Assembly (NCBI GenBank): GCA_038087875.1 | Contig: CM075985.1 | Location: forward strand, 21,018,001 to 21,082,000 | DNA length: 64,000 nt | Reading direction: 5' to 3' | Source of the DNA: Malacoraja senta | Taxonomy: Eukaryota | Shown here: positions 50,900 through 63,810 of the stretch, one piece after another | How positions within the stretch are numbered: position 1 is the first letter of the stretch | Layout: each line of letters opens with the position of its first letter | Position numbers and translations under genes: made by a program | The notes under the pieces: model-generated | What the model saw: the letters and a program-made list of their open reading frames with translations, nothing else | Databases searched by the model: none | Told to the model about the DNA's origin: nothing

Positions 50900-53749
50900 T
50901 AGAGGTGAAGGAACAAGAGGAATTGGGAGCACAAATTTCAATTAAGGAATTAGAAGATACAATAAAATCACTAAAGAATGGAAAAACTCCAGGTCCTGAT
51001 GGATTTACTAATGAATTTTATAAAGATTTCTATGATAAAATTATACCTAGATTACAAAAAATGTACCAACATGCTTTTAAAAAACAAATACTACCTGATA
51101 CATTAGCTGAATCAATGATTACATTAATACTTTAAAAAAATAAAGATATAGAAGAACCAGGTTCATATAGAGCTATTGCACTGTTAAACACAGATCAAAA
51201 AATATTAGCAAAAACATTAGCTAGAAGATTAAGTAAATATATTAGCAAACTAATAAATCCAGATCAGACGGGGTTTATCCCGAAGAGATACTCAGCTAAT
51301 AATATGAGACATTTACTCAATATAATGCATTCACGTAAATTTGAAGAACAAGAATTATCAATTATTTCGCTGGACGCTGAAAAAGCATTTGATCAAGTAG
51401 AATGGAATTATATGGATAAAGTATTAGAAAAATTCCAATTGGGAAAGAATTTTATTTTATGGATTAAATTACTATATAATAAACCTACAGCTAGAATATT
51501 AACTAATAATATATTATCTTCGAAATTTCAACTATCAAGGGGAAATAGACATGGGTGCTCATTATCACCACAGTTGTTTGCTCTTATAATTGAACCGTTA
51601 GCAGAAAAAATTAGAATACATCCCGATATCCATGGGTATAATACTAAATACTCAAATAATAAAATATCTTTATACGCGGATGATATATTACTGTACATTA
51701 CAAAACCTCAAATCACTATACCAAATATATTAAACTTAATTGAAGACTTTGGATCTTTTTCTGGATACATAATAAACTGGAATAAAAGTGAAATTATGTC
51801 AATAAAACCGAAAGACTCAACACATCTTTTAAAATTCCCTTTTAAAATAGCTACAGAAAAATTTAAATACCTGGGAATCGAAATTACCAGAACATATCAA
51901 GGTATGTTTAAAGCAAATTTTGAGCCTTTACTTAATAAATTAAATACATTAATTAAATTTTGGAAAACGCTCCCGATGTCTTTAATAGGCTGAATAAATG
52001 CAATAAAAATGATCTTTCTTCCACAAATTTTATACCTATTTCAATCGATTCCTATATACTTACCAAAGAAGTTTAAAAAAAAACTCGACTCAGATATCAC
52101 TAATTTTATATGGGACTATAAATCACACAGAATACAAAGAACACACCTGAACAAACCCAAAGTACTCGGGGGCTTAGCACTCCCTAATTTCATGTATTAT
52201 TATTGGTCAGTAAATATTAAAAAATATGATTCAACTGATGGATAACTTTGCTCAGCAAATGGATTGGATTGTAATGGAAAGAGAGGACAGCTCCTCTAGA
52301 AACATTGGAGCGATCCTCCTCTCACCAACGAAACTGAATAACATAAACTATAATAAGAACCCAATCATACATAGTACAATCAGAATTTGGAAACAAATAA
52401 AACAAAATTTAAAATTAAGAAATTTTTCACTTTTATCTCCCATAGTTAATAACCCTTCGTTTAATCCCTCTACTACAGATAAAGCCTTCATACAATGGGA
52501 TAGACTAGGAATTAAAACGTTCGGTGACCTGTATGAAACTGGAAAATTACTATCATTTCAGCAATTACAAATAAAATATAAACTTGGAAATAATCAATAT
52601 TTTAAATATTTTCAAATATGTGACTATTTGAAAAAATATATAAAAGATCATTATAATAGCCCAGTAGATGTTTTGGATGATGCAATGCAGATAAAAGCTG
52701 ATTCAGCAAATTCAATATCATATTTGTATAATATTATCTTAAATGTAGAAATACCATCTACGGAAGGTATTAGAAGAGAATTGGGAACAAGATTTAGCTA
52801 TTAAAATCTCAAAGGAAAAGTGGAATGAATACTTATTAAAAGTGCATAAATGTTCGATAAATGTAAGATACTTTAATACAATTCAAAATTTTACATAGAT
52901 TATACTATTCTAAAACTAAAATCCATAAAATTTTCCCAAATAAATCATCAAACTGTGATAAATGTCAATCTCAAGAAGCTACTATAGCGCATTCATTTGT
53001 CTTTTGTACAAAAATTCAAAAATTTTGGATTGACATTTTTGAAATCTTTACAAAATTATTTAAAATAAAACTGATACCCAAAGCAGAATGGATTATCTTC
53101 GGAATAACGGAAGATAGTCCAGAACTAAATGTGTTTCAAAAGAAACTAATAGACTATGGGTTAATAACTGGAAAAAAGTTAATCCTAAAATTTTGGAAAA
53201 ATGCTCCAATACCAACTATAAACATGTGGATTTCAAATATGTTTGAAACATTACACCTAGAAGAGATAAGACTCCTCCTGGCAGGTAAACCAGACCACTT
53301 CCATCTGACGTGGTCGGCATTTATAGAATTATTACAAATATAGGGTGCAACGGTACTTTAAAAAAAACGGAGGTCGGGTAGGGGGGGGATGAAAATTGGA
53401 GATTTGGTATGTCCCATTTGCGGGATGCTGATAAAAAAGGTATTTGTTATTCTCTTTTTCCTTTCTCTTTTTCTTCTTCTTTTCTAGGGTCTACTTCTTA
53501 ACTCTTTTTCTTATAGGGTCTTTGTTCTTTCTTGTTGTCACGTTTTTTTGTTTTTTTTACACTTTCACCTTTTCCTTCACTTTCCTCTTTCTCTTAATCT
53601 TATCCTCTCCCTTTATCAATGTTAAAAAAAAAAACGGAGTACATTAATTGTAATAAAATATATGTGACGAGTACTAATGGATGTGGTTGTAACGTAATGT
53701 GCTTCTAATAAATAAAATAAAAAATAAAAAATAAAAAATAAAAATAAAA
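50900..53749 (+). mobile_element. 5'-truncated L1-clade LINE (ORF2 RT plus Cys-rich end, 3'UTR, A-rich tail)
   Basis: KTPGPDGF, YRAIALLNTDQKILAK, QTGF, SLDAEKAFD, RHGCSLSP, LYADD, KYLGI, GGLALP and CDKC..H.F..C motifs, with stops and frameshifts. (AAAAAT)n tail at 53706-53749. 10-bp TSD AAAAGAAAGT at 50890-50899 and 53750-53759. Confidence 0.93.
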
Positions 53750-53759
53750 AAAAGAAAGT

Positions 53760-54245
53760 AGTGCAAAATAAAAACAAGACATTCATGCAAAACAGGGGGG
53801 AAAAGTCGATACTGGTGCAAGTGGTGTATTGTAGTGTTCTGTTGTCGAGTTACGATTAGGGTTGTGCAGTCGGTTCAAGAATTTGCCAGTTGTAGGAAAG
53901 TAATTGTTCTCAAACCTGGTGGTGTGCTACTTGAGACTCTGTACCTCCTGCCCAGTAGGAATAGTGGGAAGACAGCAAGGCCCAGACAGTGGACATCCTT
54001 TATGATAGATGTTGCCTTCTTGCAGATGCGTTCGATATAGGGGAGGGCTGTGCCCGTGATGGACTGGACTGAACCCCCCCACTTCCTGCAGCCTTTTTGT
54101 GCTCCTATGCATTGGAATTGCCAAACTAGGCCATGGTGCAGCCAGTCAGGATATTTACTATACTACATCCATTTGAGTCTTCAGAGACTGCTGAATCTCT
54201 CTAAACTTCGAAGAAAGTAAAAGGCACTTGTGCGACTTCTTCATA
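53760..54245 (-). mobile_element. Rex-Babar-type LINE fragment, host of the L1 (its 3' tail lies at ~50775-50889)
   Basis: KRLQEV...IKDVHC.G...LP.GR.Y.SL remnants. Tail gagtttattgtcat... at 50775 on the other side of the L1. Confidence 0.7.
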
Positions 54246-54729
54246 ATTTAAACTTGCAATTTATTTTTGCAATGAATTAATTTAACAATGAACACATTTG
54301 AATGAACTTGACAGACTTGCCATATACTTCAGGATATTAACTTGAATAAAGTAAACATTGCTGGATAAATTGTGCAAATGCTCTTACGTGCATTTCTGTC
54401 ATTATGTAAATGCAAACCATGGTAAAAATGGTAGAGAAGGTAGAAAGTGGAAGTGTCTAACAGAAGTGCTAGGAATTAGTAATACCAATGTTAACTGAGG
54501 CTACCAGTCTTCTATATTGGAAGCTATGAATCACTATTAATCACATTGTTGCATTCCATTTCACTTAAATGATTGGATCTTTTGATTCTAGAAAATATTC
54601 AAAGGATCTATGTGAATCAATGTTAAAAATTCCATTATCGTATAGCTCAGATAATTTTAATAAAGATATGGGCACAAGGGAGCCTTGATTTGAATAATTT
54701 AAGTAATTACATTATTCATCCTAGCAAGT

Positions 54730-55410
54730 CAATAGCTCTCTGAAAGTAGCAACAGAGGTAGATAGGGTGGTAAAGAAGACATACGGCAAGCTTGCATTCA
54801 TTGGTTGGAGGGTCGAGTATAAAAGTCAAGAAATCATGTCACAATTGTGTTAAACTTTGGGCAGGCCACATTCGTGTGCAGTTCTGTCGCTGCATCACAG
54901 TTAAGACATGGTGGCTTTGGGAAGTGTGCAGAAGAGATTTATCAGGCTACTGCCTGGATTGGAGAGTATGAGATATAAAGAAAAGCTGGCAAACCTGGGT
55001 TGTTTTCTCTGCGGTATTCTGTGGCTGGAGGGAGACCTGATAGAAGTTAATAAAATTATGAGTGAAATAGATAGGTGGTCAGGTTCTTTGTCCCCAGGAA
55101 TGGAAAATAAATGTCAAATACTAGAGTGCATAGATTCAAGGCGAGAGGGGTAATGTTTAGGGAGATGTATGGGGCAAGTACTTCTTAAACAGAGTGGTAG
55201 GAGCCTGGACTGCACTGCTGTGGTGGGTCGGAAGCAGATACGATAGTAATGTTTAAGAGACATTTAGACAGGCACATGAACCAACTACATTCATGGGAAT
55301 GGAGAGATATGGATCAATTGCAGACTGATAGAATTGGTTTAAGTTGTCATCATGATCGACATAGACATTGTGGGCTGAGGGGCCTGTTTCTATGCTTGCC
55401 TTTTATGTTC
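54730..55410 (+). mobile_element. Decayed CR1 3' fragment
   Basis: VQKRFIRLLPGLE...GDLIEV.KIM remnants and a CR1 3'UTR. Confidence 0.78.
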
Positions 55411-58348
55411 CAGCGTCTGCACAGATTGTTTAATTAATTAAATCAGGGAATACAAGGTTCTACTCCTGAAGTTCATGGTTCACAAAGCAAGTTCTTTATC
55501 ACCGTGAATACTGAAAAGGGAGTATTTATGATGATAGAGGACTTACTTCATATGATTTCCCCAAGGAGGATGACATTGTGTATATTTGCCTCATGGTTAC
55601 ATGTCTCCAGAATATAGCGTTCACTGTTATTGGGCTGGAGAGTTTTCCATTATGCAGCATGACCAACTGGAATAGACTTAATTGATCTGTCAGTCTCTGC
55701 CACATTTCAGAAATCATTTCATTGCATAACTAAATTTTATGCAATGCAAAGTAGAAGAAAGCCAAAAGCATCATACTGTATGTTCTACATGGGTAACAAT
55801 AAAGAAAATGGCAAAAAAGTGGTCTGTGAACACAAGTCCTTCTGTGTCCACTGCAACTACATTTAGGCCAATGTCTTTTCTCTTATGGAGAATGATTATA
55901 TAACAACGCATGCAATAACAATTATTCAGGGAAAATGATACAATGACTACACGTGAGAAGGCAGTTAAGGCATGAAATATATAACGCAGAGATCAGTTGA
56001 ATAGTTTACAGAACTAAGTTCACAACAGAATGAATCACTGTTGCGTGTTTTTCCAATCTTAGCTGTGGTGCACATTAGGTGGGTAGTTACAGTATTAAAA
56101 TGCAACATTGATACATTGAATCAATACATATAACTATCTAATATGAAACTGTCAACCGATATACAAGATATAGATCAATCTATTTCACCATAACATGTTT
56201 TGAGCTTTTGATGGCCTCGCAGCAGTATCATTACTAATTAAAGCACAATGTTTTAAGATCACAAATTCCTCAATTGGGTGGCTTAAAAGTAACAAAGGAA
56301 AATAATTAAAACTATAAGCGATGAAATCTGAAACAAAACCGTAACGCTGGAAGAACTCAGCCAGTCAAGCTGAAGCAATGGAAAGTGAAACCAGTTAATA
56401 TTTCACGTCTTAAATACTTCAAAAATTTAAGAAAGTGTGAAAGCAAATTGGTGTAAGTGGCAAAGTAAACATTCACCTTGTGCTCTACCACTTAAATTAA
56501 CTTGCTTTCAGTGCAATTCAAAAAAGAAGCACTTATTCACCACTCAAACAATGTCACCATCAATTCAGATTTGGCAGGCGGTAACTAATGGGTAATGAGG
56601 CCTTAAAATGCTTCAGTATGTAATAAGACATGCAGATATTCAGCCAGAATATCATCTGAATGGGAGCCAAGTAAAAAAATTGCAGAAAATATACAATTTA
56701 TCTTGTGGGCATTTACTGCTCATAATTAAATGCCTGAATTTTTAAAAAAATAAAACGAGGATACTTCCACGAGAAAAGATAGCGTTGTGTATATTTCAGG
56801 TGTTTCACAAGCATTCTCACTGATTTCTAGAAATGGAAGTTGAGCATGATTTGCAATCCAGATGGGATTATCATTCCCAAATTTTGCAAGTATTCAACAG
56901 ATCCAAAAATTCACTGCTTGCCTAATTTTACTTTGAAATCAAATTTCAACCCCAGCAAAATTAAGGATTTCAGAGCATTAGTACTCTTCCTCTGACAACT
57001 TAGGATAGCATCAGTGCTTCTCCTTCAGGGTCATACTTTTCATTTTGGCCCTTGGATATAGAAATAAAGCTTCAACAAATGGTTTACAACTTGAAAGCGG
57101 CAATTTAAAGATCAGGCTAAAAAGATGGACAGTGGTAGCTATGACTAGAATGGATTACATATACCAAGATGGAAACATAGACATGACCTTTCTTGAACCA
57201 CAGCAACCACTATCACACCTATCTTATAATATCCTAACAACAAAAGTTTGCTGAAACTCATTATTTGAAAATGATTCTTTCTGAACTGTGTTCAAAGTGG
57301 TTCCAAAGATATTTTGTCAGGCTGGTGCTGGAGAAGTAATTGCTTAAAATTCAAGATGATGCAAATTGAACTAAATGCTCCGTACACTCTAATCATAATT
57401 GACAGTTTCAATATGCCAAGTTTATTAAAAACTAAGACAATATGCTTGCCAATTCAACTGCATCTAATTTGCTCACCAAATTGACGAAGCTTATTTGGGA
57501 GCTATTGGTGAATCTCTATATACCAATTTTATCTCATTTGATATAAACCCCAGAGCTCAGTTTTTTTTTTTAATGGTATAAATCTGTGCTGAAGTTACAC
57601 GATTCTATGCATTTCCAATCCAATACCCTTTGCTTCTCTGATTCATTCAAATTATTTTCTAAGTTCTGCATTGATTTATTTTTTGTTCTCACCAAGACGT
57701 AATAACTCATTTAATGCACTAATAGGCCAAAGGTATGTCCATTTTGTAAGTTTATTAATGTCGTTTTAATTGGTTACAGATCACAGCCCAAATTTTGTGT
57801 CATTCACAAATTTAATTTGTTTTGGAGTCCAAATCATTTACATGAACTATGACTATCAGTGGTTGTAAAACTGATCTTGATGGATCCCTTGCACCACCTT
57901 CAGCCAGACTGAATAGCTTCTCTTTGGACTCTAGTTTCTGCAATGAAATTAGCTATTATTCATCCTCTCACCTTGGTCATTTATTCCTTACGAGACACCC
58001 TGAAGAACTTTTGGAAATTAAAAAATATTACAATTATAGTTATTTATTCTCGGTTACTTCTTTACCTCCAGCCAAAATAATAACCTTCCACCACAACCCT
58101 CTTTTCTATGAATATGCCAATTCTGAATCCAGATGACAAGTCGCCATGAATTCCTTGCATCTTAATCTTTTGGGTCAACCTTCTGTGAGGGACTTTATCA
58201 AACCAAGAACTGAAAATGTTGAATTTCATCTATCAGCCAAGTTGACTTCAAACTTTTGTTACAAGTACAAAATCTATTTTTTTTTCTGAACGACTTTATT
58301 CTGACCGAGTACTGATTGAATTTTAAAAAATTGGAATTGAATTGTATT

Positions 58349-58411
58349 GGACAGGCAGCATCTCTGGAGAGAAGGAATGGGTGACGTTTCGGGTCAAGAC
58401 CCTTCTTCAGT
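58349..58411 (-). mobile_element. Short Penelope-derived repeat with the best-preserved hammerhead-like core
   Basis: Minus strand: CTGAAGA-A-GGGTC-TT-GACCC-GAAAC-GTC-ACCCATTCCTTCTCTCCAGAGATGCTGCC. Confidence 0.7.
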
Positions 58412-58734
58412 GCGAAATCTTATCAAAATATAGTATGATTTTTATCTTCTGTTTAAAGATTTAATCTAATCAAGTAATGGATCAATACCACTTCCCTACC
58501 TGTATTTGATTCAAATCAAACCAATAAAATCAATCTGAGATTTGAGTTGAGTCTGGTTATCTTCTTAGTTTTAAATACATTGAAGATAAAATCACTTGAA
58601 AACATGTCTTTCATCATGCAAATAGCAAACAAATACTATTTTTTCAAACTGAAGTTTGTACAGGAATTTCTTCCAAGAAGTCTATTAGGTAGGTTTATGC
58701 TGAAATCGTATAGTGTATTTGAAGGCCAGTTCTG

Positions 58735-58980
58735 TTAGGAAGGAGATGGAGGAATTTCTTTAGTCAGAGGGTGGTGAATATGTGGAATTCTTTGCCACAG
58801 AGGCTGTGGAGGCCAAGTTAGTGGATATATTAAAGGCAGATATAGATAGGTTCTTGATTTGTACGGGTGTCAGCGGTTATTGGGAGGTTAGGAGTTTAGG
58901 AGGGAAATAGATCAGCCATGAATGAATGGCGGCGTAGACTTGATGGGCCGAATGGCCTAATTCTGCTACGATCACATGAT
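58735..58980 (+). mobile_element. CR1 3'-end fragment
   Basis: EMRRNFFSQRVVN.WNSLP-like remnant plus 3'UTR. Same family as 26870-27098. Confidence 0.8.
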
Positions 58981-60082
58981 CAGTTCTGAACATTACCTTT
59001 TTCCTTACTCAGGCAGTGAGATATTTTATCTCGCAACACTAGTTAATTTTTTCCCCCCCAAAGATGAATACCATTTACTGAATCGACATCAACCAAAGCC
59101 AATAACTAAAATGGTATAATCCGAACTTGTCATTTATTCTGAATTCAACAAACTCATGCTGACAGATTGCCTAGCTTCTATGTGAGATCACCAAAAGTAT
59201 CTCTAAAAAACGGGTTTCAGGAACAGCTGCAAATAAACAAGCATTTGATAAGCACATTGATAAGCACAGTCTTACTCTTCATTAAATTTATCATATTAAA
59301 GCTGCTTTGTCATCCACCCAAATCTCCATTCACCCACTACTGCTGTTCTGGTTCCCATATTATGAGAATCTTGTGGACACTGGAGAAGGTGCCCCACTGA
59401 TTTTTCATTGAGAGGTTGGAAAAGGATTAACAAGCTGAACCTCTATTCTCTTTAAAACAAAATATGAGCAGTAGGTGCCTTTACAATTATTAATGTTTTG
59501 ATCTGTCACAAACATACTGAAAACTGTTCACACAAACCTCCAAATTGATAATACTGTGCACAAATGTCTCATCTCAGTCAGAAAAGGCTTGTCCCTCACC
59601 CAGAGAAAGTGATTCCAAACTCCACACAACTAGCCAGTATGTTGTAGTGAACATTCGTGATAAAAATCAAATCATTAAGACAAGAAAATTGAAAATAGCC
59701 AAAATGTTGGAAGGAATCAGTAGAATTGCAGCGGTCAATATGAATGGTCAAATTTTCTCAGCAGAATTTGAATCTCTGTTTTGACTGTTGACCACCATTT
59801 ATTTACTTGCATAAAAATTATGCGATTAGTTACATTGCTTGGTATCTATACGTCAGTCCATCATAAGCAAAAAATAAATGGACTTTGTACTTTTAAAGTA
59901 TTTCCTATGCCCTGGAAATTCCTATGTTTAGGTTTATTATTGTCATATGTATCGAGGTACAGTGAAAAGCTTTGTTTTGCATATTATCAAAAAAAAATCA
60001 TACATACTATACATAGACACAATCAGTTCAAACTCCAGTACAATAAACAGAGCCACGGGGAAGATACAAGGTGCAGAATGTA

Positions 60083-61581
60083 CAGTGCCCTCCATAATGT
60101 TTGGGACAAAGACTCATTAAAGGCCATTTTTATACATTTTGGTTTCACCATGTAGAAATTACAGCTGTGTTTATACCTAGTCCCCCCATTTCAGGGCACC
60201 ATAATGTTTGGGACACATGGCTTCACAGGTGTTTCTAATTGTTCGGGTGTGCTTAAATGCCTCCTTAATGCAGTTAATGAATCTTTGGAAACATTCATTA
60301 CTGATTATCAACATGAGGACCAAAGTTGTGCCAATGAAAGTCAAAGAAGCCATTATGAGACTGAGAAACAAGAATAAAACTGTTGGAGACATCAACTAAA
60401 CTTTAGGCTTACCAAAATCAACTGTTTGGAACATCAAGAAGAAAGAGAGCAGTGGTACTAATCACAAAGGGACTGGCAGACCTAGGAAGACGTCCACAGC
60501 TGATGACAGTAGAATTCTCTCTATAATGAAGAAATATCCCCAAACACCTGTCCAACAGATCAGAAACACTCGTCAGGAGTGGGGTGTGGATTTATCAATG
60601 ACCACTGTCCGCAGAAGACTTCATGAACAGAAATACAGAGGCAACACTGCAAGATGCAAACCACTGCTTAGCCGCAAAAATAGGATGGCCGGGTTACAGT
60701 TTGCCAAGAAGTACTTAAAAGAGCAACCACAGTTCTGGAAAAAGGTCTTGTGGACAGATGAGACGAAGATTAATGTATATCAGAGCGATGGTAAGAGCAA
60801 ACTATGGAGGAGAGAAGGAACGGCCCAAGATTCAAAGCATACCACCTCATTTTTGAAACACGTGGTGTTATGGTCTGGGCATGTATGGGCTGCTGAAGGT
60901 ACTGGCTCACTTATCTTCATTGATGATACAACTGCTGATGGTAGTAGCATAATGAATTCTGAAGTGTATAGACACACCCTATCTGCTCAAGTACAAACAA
61001 ATGCCTCATTGACCGGCGGTTCATTCTACAGCAAGACAATGATCCCAAACATATTGCTAAAGCAACAAAGGAGTTTTTCAAAGCTAAAAAATGGTCAATT
61101 CTTGAGTGGCCGTCAATCACACGATCTGATCCCAATTGAGCATGCTTTTTATATGCTGAAGAGAAAACTGAAGGGGACTAGACCCCAAAACAAGCATAAG
61201 CTAAAGATGGCTGCAGTACAGGCCTGGCAGAGCATCACCAGAGAAGACACCCAGCAACTGGTGATGTCCATGAATCGCAGACTTCAAGTAGTCATTGCAT
61301 GCAAAGGATATGCAACAAAATACTAAACAAGACTACTTTCATTTACATGACATTGCAGTGTCCCAAACATTATGGTGCCCTGAAATGTCAGGGACCAGGT
61401 GTCAACACTGCTGTAATTTCTACATGGTGAAACCAAAATGTATAAAAATGGCCTTTAATAAAATCTGACAATATGCACAATAACCACATGTGATTTTTTC
61501 TATTACAACTCTCAAATTGTGGAGTACAGAGGCAAATAAATAAATGACGGGTCTTTGTCCCAAACATTATGGAGGGCACTG
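60083..61581 (+). mobile_element. Second Tc1-family transposon (IR/DR type), decayed, inserted in a minus-strand Rex-type LINE tail (~59925-60080 and 61584-61810)
   Basis: TA|CAGTGCCCTCCATAATGTTTGGGACA ... TGTCCCAAACATTATGGAGGGCACTG|TA. Inner direct repeat CATAATGTTTGGGACA. The left TIR lacks about 85 bp that are present in the right TIR. Confidence 0.93.
60313..61326 (+). pseudogene. Tc1 transposase pseudogene (stop codon and several frameshifts)
   Basis: MRTKVVPMKVKEAI..., [22 protein letters not shown] (alternate frame) and DL.PIEH...KGYATKY. Confidence 0.9.
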
Positions 61582-61838
61582 TAGTTCACAGCATTGTAAC
61601 GCATCATCTTTATATGAAGTTCAATGTCCTCAAAGGGTTAGAGGTGAATCGAACAGTACCATAGCTTATGGAGGACCATTCAGAAGCATGAAAATGGAAG
61701 GAATGAAGCTGTTCCCGAGCCTTGTGATGCATGGTGTCACCTTCTACCAAATGGGACCAGAAAGGAAGAGGAATGACCAGGGTGGGACAAGGATTTGATT
61801 ATGTAACCTGCAACTGTCATGGAATAATTTTTCCATTA

Positions 61839-61984
61839 ACATGGTGAAACCAAAATGTATAAACATGGCCTTTATTAAAATCTGACAATATGTACATTAA
61901 CCATGTCATTTTTTCTATTACAAACCTCAAATTGTGGAGTACAGAGGCAAATAAATAAATAATGGGTCTTCGTCCCAAACATTA
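61839..61984 (+). mobile_element. Solo partial right TIR of the same Tc1 family
   Basis: A diverged direct copy of ~61422-61570, lacking the terminal GGAGGGCACTG. Confidence 0.85.
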
Positions 61985-62218
61985 AGTCGGATACTGCAAG
62001 TGGCATGATGCAGCTATATGCATGATAGTGTGTGGGTCCTTTCCCACAGGAGGGTGGGAGATCCACTTTTTTAATGGGAGGCCTACCTTTCTACCATTCC
62101 CCTGCTTTGTTTTGATATGGAAAGATTGGCATAAATACCTCTGAAATAATTAAATACCTCTGAAAAGCAACTACAGTGGCATTTATTTCTTTACAATGTT
62201 TAATTCTTTACAATGTTT

Positions 62219-62285
62219 ACCTATTCCTTCGCTCCATAGATGCTGCCTCACCCGCTGAGTTTCTCCAGCATTTTTGTCTACCTTC
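62219..62285 (+). mobile_element. 5'-truncated Penelope-derived mini-insertion with TSD
   Basis: cctattccttcgctccatagatgctgcc...tttgtctaccttc matches 24685-24743. Flanked by TATTTCTTTACAATG (62184-62198, 62286-62300). Confidence 0.7.
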
Positions 62286-63409
62286 TATTTCTTTACAATG
62301 ATCAGTTGAAACTGCCTTCATTAACTGGTTAAGTACAGTATTCTAGACCATCAATAATCAAATCTCATTGAATTTTAAACTCAAAATGTTCACACTGAAT
62401 ACTGCTCTTATCCCAATAGTCACTAAGTCTCAGAAGCACAACCTCAGCATGTGTTGCTCCAAAAAGTTGAGTCTCAAAAGATCTGCAAATACTTGTACAT
62501 TTTTACTTCCGTTGCTCCCAGTATAAATAAATTATATATATTTTTTGATTTTTATTCTATCCTAGCCCTCAAATACCAGTGCTGAAATGTCCCGTTCCGT
62601 TGCAATGTAATGAGTGAGCCTCACAGATTATACCCATACTCATTATCTTAATTGCTGAAACATGAAAATGATTTCACCATCACATTTGAAGCTAAACAAA
62701 TCAATTTGACTTCAACTTTAATCCATGAGCAAACAACTTCATCTGTAACATACTCATCATTGAATTTTGTTTCCCAGGTGAATTCAATCAGATTCACATT
62801 TTAATATCCACTGATCTTTCGGCAGTAAATATGGGAAATGATTAATTGAACATATTTATGTACCAATAAATGACCATTAATGACTTTATAATTGCATGTG
62901 AAAGCAGAGAAGTTTAACATTACTGAAAACTAATTAATTATGTGCATTAATAAGTGCTTTGAAAATCAGTGAGCACTATGCATCAATTAATCAGATTAGG
63001 TAATGAATTTATAAAAGGTCCAACACTAAACAGTTATTAAGTGATCTATTTAAGCTCAACTTTTATCAGGCAACAGCCATGGCTATTGGAATAATCAAAA
63101 ATGTGCAATCTGTATTCTGATTCATACAGGGCCCCCGGATGATGGAAGACCTGACATTTCTAAATCCAACTTTCTGTGAATTATCCCACACTCTGCTCTC
63201 AGGCATAGTACTCAAATTCGTTCAACAGGAAACTCTGCAGATATCACCCATTAAAAAAAAAGCAAACTCTCCCTCAAGTTCCTCAAGACTGCAGAGCTGA
63301 GAAAAGGAACATGGGAGATTTAAAAAGCAGTTGTAAGGACGTTGCTAGTTTCATGGTAAAAGGTGTTTGACTTGAGTAGATCGGCCATTTTGAGAGTGGA
63401 TAAGAATAC

Positions 63410-63810
63410 AAGCCATGGTCAGAAGTTTGCAAATGACTATAAAACAAGTGGAATCATCGTCAGTGAAAGTGGTCATCAACAATTACAATGGGATCTTGAT
63501 CAGCTAGATAAGTGAGGTGGGGAACAGCAAATGGCATTCATCAGATATGTGAAAGGTGAACAGTAGAGCCTCCCGGAGGGTGTTGGAAAAAAGAGGGACT
63601 GAAAAGTACAAGTATGTAGTTCCCCGATACCAACAACAAAAGTAAGATGTTTGGCATGATGAACTTCATTAGTCAGGGCATGGAGTACATGATTTGGGGG
63701 GGTTTGTTGCAGTTGCACAAGGTGTTGGCGAGGCTGCATTTGGAGTATTGTGATTACCCAGCTATGCGAAAGATGTTATTATTAGTGGGAAAGAGAGCAA
63801 GGAAGATGTA
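63410..63810 (+). mobile_element. Decayed CR1 fragment
   Basis: KFANDY, LQWDLDQL and LARLHLEYC remnants. Confidence 0.65.
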
